A stretch of DNA of 64,000 nt, from NCBI GenBank assembly GCA_964035545.1, contig OZ037772.1, positions 2,418,001-2,482,000 of the forward strand, given 5' to 3'. A model generated the notes under the pieces. That model had not been told where the DNA came from. It saw nothing but the letters and a program-made list of their open reading frames with translations, and made no database searches. The stretch is from Bugula neritina (lineage: Eukaryota > Animalia > Bryozoa). Made by a program: the position numbers and the translations under genes. Shown piece after piece: positions 60,396 to 64,000 of this stretch. The number at the start of each line of letters is the position of its first letter. Position 1 is the stretch's first letter.

Positions 60396-61337
60396 TCTTT
60401 CTGAGTGAGAAATATATTTGAACTTTATTGTATTATTATCGAATATATTTCAGTTACTATATTATACTAGAAAGTAGAAACTTGCTTGTAGTGGTGTCAG
60501 CTGTTGTGATGTCACTGTAGTCTGTCTGTTTGTCTCAAACCGATTCAATCTGACATTATATTTTTTAAAGGTGAACTGATTGTAACAATTCTCAGAGAAA
60601 GTCTTGGTGTGAGTGACTTGGTGTGGGACATTGCTGTGTATAACATGAACACAGTGTTTCTAGCATGTGGAGATGGACTGACGAGATACACAATAAAATA
60701 CTAAACTTATCAGCTACAGTTTACTAATAATCAGCTCAGTGAAGTCATCAATGCACACCCATAGTACATGTCAAATATAATATATTGTGTTCTACTCACA
60801 GTATAAAATTATATATTCCACAGGACCTACACTGTTTATATGCAGTATTTGATGTTGATAGTAATGATTATGTAACATATTTACTCCGCTATGTTGTCAA
60901 GACTCTGTAGTCACATTCACTCAATAAAGTTTGTTTGTAGAAATTATTTTTTGACTGGTTTATGACTCATCCACTTACTTAGTCATCACAAATAAAATAT
61001 TATTTACTTTTTCATGTCAATAACTCTGTTAGTGTAAGTCTGTTACTTCCTTATCAAGTAGTAGCTGTATATAACTTGTGTGTAAGTTAGTTTACATGAT
61101 ACAGAGTAGATCAAGTATTCCACAGATATGCATTTCATAAGTAATGTTTATACAAAGATTCACTGCAGTAAATTCTTAGCAATTTTCTCCTGCATTAGCT
61201 TAATAAAAGCCTCAAAAACTACAAATCTTAAGGTCATGTTCCAATATGTGAGACTACAACAAAACTCTACTTTTAGCACAATGGCTGGTATTTTATGTAA
61301 TGAATGTGCAAAAGCAAATAATTATACACATTGTATT

Positions 61338-61460
61338 AATACTATTGAGGTCAAACAAAGTAGTGTACCATCAATACTATTGAGGCCAAACAAAGTAGTG
61401 TACCATCAATACTATTGAGGCCAAACAAGGTAGTGTATCATCAATAATATTGAGGCCAAA
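61338..61460. repeat. 35-bp tandem repeat (~3.5 copies)
   Basis: aatactattgagg(t/c)caaacaaagtagtgtaccatc repeated. Confidence 0.92.
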
Positions 61461-61717
61461 TGACAACAAGCTGCGTACTATATTCAAGATGAACTGAAAC
61501 CTACTGAGAAAGTTTCTGTTAGAGTCATTACAACTTGTCTGTGCACACAGAAGCACCAAAATGGTCCACAATTCATGAAGATATGTCAACTGCATGTAGT
61601 TGTAAAATATCTTAGCTAAGCCTGCAGAGCTCTCTGGAATATTCCTTAGGATATTGAGGATATTTATTTCTTATGTTTTATTGTTGAGCTTATATACTCT
61701 GATTTGTATAAACACTA

Positions 61718-62400
61718 CCCCCTCATTCACACTTACCGTATCGTACGCCGTAACAGCGAAAATAAAATGGCTACGCTGTTGCATTTTGTCAACGGGTGTT
61801 CACACTTTGCCGTAAAGTACAATGCATGACGTTGAGCTGTGACCAATCATAATAAAGCCAACGCTTGTCTGTGGTGATTTGAATGCCTTTGAATATTATT
61901 TACAAATTATTCGCAACATTCTTATCAAAAGATGTTATATAAATGCCATTTACTAAATAAAAGCAATTACATGAAAAGAATATTTCTTTTAAATATATTA
62001 GTTTTTAAAATAATTGTGCAAACTAGTTTAAATAATGAATATTTAAGCCGTCCAAATCATTTTTAAGTTTTTGGTTTGCTTAATTTTGTGATTAGGGAAA
62101 GCTAGATTTTTAAGCTGAGTTTAATTCAAACAAGCCGGATAAATATTTTTTAACCTTTTAAAACTTTTGAATTGGTTAAATTAAATCAAAAATAAGCGAT
62201 TAAAATAAATTAGCGAAAATGTTCTTTAAATTTTAGTACCAGATCAACTCTACCCAATAGGAGCCCGCCGTGATTTTTTTAATCAAGCACTGCTTGATCA
62301 ACGCCGCAACGTATATCGTGGTACGATTCAGCCCGGATGTTATCAAAAATTGCTAAAATTTGCTGTTACGGCGTACGGTACGGTAAGTGTGAATAGGGGG
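61718..62400. mobile_element. MITE (~683 bp) with ~42-bp TIRs, TA on both flanks
   Basis: CCCCCTCATTCACACTTACCGTATCGTACGCCGTAACAGC ... GCTGTTACGGCGTACGGTACGGTAAGTGTGAATAGGGGG. AT-rich non-coding interior. Superfamily uncertain. Confidence 0.9.
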
Positions 62401-62410
62401 TACATTGTTA

Positions 62411-62443
62411 CCCCCTATTCACACTTACCGTACGCCGTAACAG
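62411..62443. mobile_element. Solo truncated terminus of a second copy of the same MITE
   Basis: ta+CCCCCTATTCACACTTACCGTACGCCGTAACAG, joined directly to GC-rich retrotransposon sequence. Confidence 0.85.
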
Positions 62444-62487
62444 AGTAACTCGGCGCATCCCTGTCGCCGTTGTTTACTACTGGGTCG

Positions 62488-63885
62488 TCACCCTTCCTGT
62501 TTCGCTCGGTACACGTCGGCTACCACCCCAGGAAGGCTTTCCTGGAGCTTCGGCAGCTCCCTAACGTTACCAGCCCATACAGGTTTGGCGCGGAGGCTCT
62601 GGACAGCCTCCGGGGGCGTGTCAGCCCTCTGTTGGAGTTGCTGAGCAGGGGCGGTTTTCGCCGCCCGTGGTACCTCACGACGGCCTGCTCTATTTAGGCG
62701 GGCGTCGTGGTCTGTGTGGCGGAACGCCTCACTGTACCCATGTGGCAACCTAGCCATAGCCTGGCGCTTTCTGTTGCCTGTGTAGCCACGCGTCCCTGGA
62801 GGATGGGAGGCGTGGGTTGGGACGGTCCTCTGCCCTTGAGACGGGCTCTGCTGAGGACCTTCCGTCGTAGCTCCCGACGACGGCTCAATGGCTTCCTCCT
62901 GGACAGGATGGAAGCGGCCCAGCATGGACCTGGGTGGTAGGTCTACTGTCTCTGAGGAGGGGTTGACGCACTGCACTGAGATCTCTCCTTGTCCCGTAAG
63001 CCGGCTAAAGCTATGGGCAAGTTGGATTCTTGAGTGCGTACTTTTGACAACTCCCAACTTAGAGGTTTGGCCACCGTCTACTTTGCAGCGGACGGTAGCC
63101 CGGGAGTGGCCTGGTATAGTACAGCTCCGTACTACCTGCACTGCTCCCGCTTGAGGACGACCAAACTTATCGACACAAGCGAGCTCCCTGTCGCCCATGA
63201 TCATCGCAGATTTACTGAAATCGATGCGACATCCGTTTCGTTGTAAGAATGGCATCCCGGGGATAGCGTCCTCGTTGAGCTGCCCGACGATAAACGTCTC
63301 TTGGATGGCCTGGTTACGGATGTAACCAGTCAGCTCAACAATGCCGTAGAAGGGAATGCACGACCCGTCTGCCAGGGTGCCATGATCCCCCTCATACGGT
63401 GCCAACCCGTCCTTGACCTTAGCGCTGAGGGTGTCAAAGAATTGACGGCTAAGGAGGTTGGTGGTGCAGCCTGAGTCCAGGAGGAAGTTGGCAGGCTTGC
63501 CGGCTAGCTTTCCTGGCAGGAAATAGCTACTTCCGTGTGGCTGCAGCTGTGTGTGCCGTGGTTGCACCTCCCTCGCTGTGGGTCGAGGGGTCCACGGTTG
63601 GCGACGACTATTGACCAGCTGCCGAGGTTGGGGCGGTATGCCTTGCGGCGCCTGTACCGTTTCCCTCGCAGGCTCTGAGATCAACCATCTGCCGGATCCG
63701 TGTTGGTGTTGGAGTGGCGTAGAGGACCCAGGCGGCGAGTGGCTTGAGCCTACTTGCCGCGGAGGTCGCCACTTCACAGCATCTCCGCGCGGCGCCCAGC
63801 GGGGCGGCAGACGCGCGGGTCTCCTTGGATGATTTACAGACGGCCCGCAGGAGGTGGGAACATCTGCGGGCCGTGGTAGTTTAAC
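62488..63885 (-). CDS. pol: Gypsy pol-frame ORF: aspartic protease and spacer, lacking recognisable RT/RNase H core
   Basis: ORF 62488-63936 is in the -1 frame relative to gag and has the DSG catalytic motif. No YxDD or RNase H motifs. It is probably entered by frameshift rather than at ATG 63936. Confidence 0.8.
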   Translation of the reverse strand, partial: VKLPRPADVPTSCGPSVNHPRRPARLPPRWAPRGDAVKWRPPRQVGSSHSPPGSSTPLQHQHGSGRWLISEPARETVQAPQGIPPQPRQLVNSRRQPWTPRPTAREVQPRHTQLQPHGSSYFLPGKLAGKPANFLLDSGCTTNLLSRQFFDTLSAKVKDGLAPYEGDHGTLADGSCIPFYGIVELTGYIRNQAIQETFIVGQLNEDAIPGMPFLQRNGCRIDFSKSAMIMGDRELACVDKFGRPQAGAVQVVRSCTIPGHSRATVRCKVDGGQTSKLGVVKSTHSRIQLAHSFSRLTGQGEISVQCVNPSSETVDLPPRSMLGRFHPVQEEAIEPSSGATTEGPQQSPSQGQRTVPTHASHPPGTRGYTGNRKRQAMARLPHGYSEAFRHTDHDARLNRAGRREVPRAAKTAPAQQLQQRADTPPEAVQSLRAKPVWAGNVRELPKLQESLPGVVADVYRAKQEG

Positions 63886-63998
63886 CCTTGTTGGAGTTGA
63901 GGGCAGTTCTTCTTGAAATGTCCTGGCCTTCCGCATCCCCAGCAGAAGTTATGCCCCATGCCTGGTGATTGTACCTGCGGCCCGCAAGGCTCACGGGC
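63834..63998 (-). CDS. gag: 3' end of Gypsy gag with CCHC zinc knuckle (5'-incomplete; not in ORF track)
   Basis: Frame AREPCGPQVQSPGMGHNFCWGCGRPGHFKKNCPQLQQGLNYHGPQMFPPPAGRL*, stop at 63834-63836. Confidence 0.85.
   Translation of the reverse strand, partial: AREPCGPQVQSPGMGHNFCWGCGRPGHFKKNCPQLQQGLNYHGPQMFPPPAGRL
63840..63885 (-). promoter_or_regulatory. Putative programmed -1 ribosomal frameshift signal (G_UUA_AAC + 11-bp stem-loop)
   Basis: Heptamer at 63885-63879 in the correct gag phase, then spacer UACC, then perfect stem ACGGCCCGCAG/CUGCGGGCCGU (63874-63864/63850-63840) with a 13-nt loop. Confidence 0.8.
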
Positions 63999-64000
63999 AG

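Larger units (their letters stand above)
62444..64000 (-). mobile_element. Ty3/Gypsy LTR retrotransposon internal fragment (gag end + protease + partial pol); continues beyond the right edge
   Basis: Abrupt shift to GC-rich sequence. Gag zinc knuckle CWGCGRPGHFKKNC and retropepsin motif FLLDSGCTTNLLS...GMPFL. Confidence 0.93.

Noticed and set aside
60571-60610. Small plus-strand exon-like segment as a ValRS continuation
   Set aside because: The translation (ELIVTILRESLG) does not match the expected VYLH...GRKMSKS exon.
62438-62450. TAACAGAGTAACT at the MITE/Gypsy junction matches the 46-kb minisatellite unit
   Set aside because: It is only 13 bp, is formed by juxtaposing MITE and Gypsy sequence, and is plausibly chance.
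62470-63832. Plus-strand ORFs overlapping the Gypsy region
   Set aside because: They are antisense shadows of GC-rich pol sequence with no motifs.

Overview
AT-rich animal (probably invertebrate) genomic DNA at the edge of a large satellite block. Bases 1-41259 are one tandem array of a 17-bp monomer (TATAACATA[G/A]TATACTG, about 2,400 copies). It has rare 19- and 21-bp variants and nested higher-order repeats in two distinct variant domains. All the long Tyr/Ile/Cys-rich minus-strand ORFs in the track over this region are artefacts of a stop-free repeat strand. The array ends abruptly at 41259. The remaining ~23 kb is a graveyard of dead genes and transposons. It holds an intron-containing fibrillar-collagen pseudogene (minus strand; Cys-rich N-terminal exons, only ~70 Gly-X-Y triplets, COLFI C-propeptide) and a divergently oriented, internally deleted valyl-tRNA synthetase pseudogene. 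Mobile elements are a decayed Tc1 transposon, two LINE 3' ends, a 3.3-kb TIR element inserted into a 19-bp minisatellite, a MITE, and a Gypsy fragment with a clear -1 frameshift signal and an apparent RT/RNase H deletion. Many small intronic minisatellites abut splice sites, and one is a close sequence relative of the giant 17-mer. I see no evidence for a new protein-coding system. The most interesting leads are the satellite architecture and origin, the short collagen architecture and the Gypsy frameshift cassette. Protein identifications come from motif recognition by eye, not database searches.
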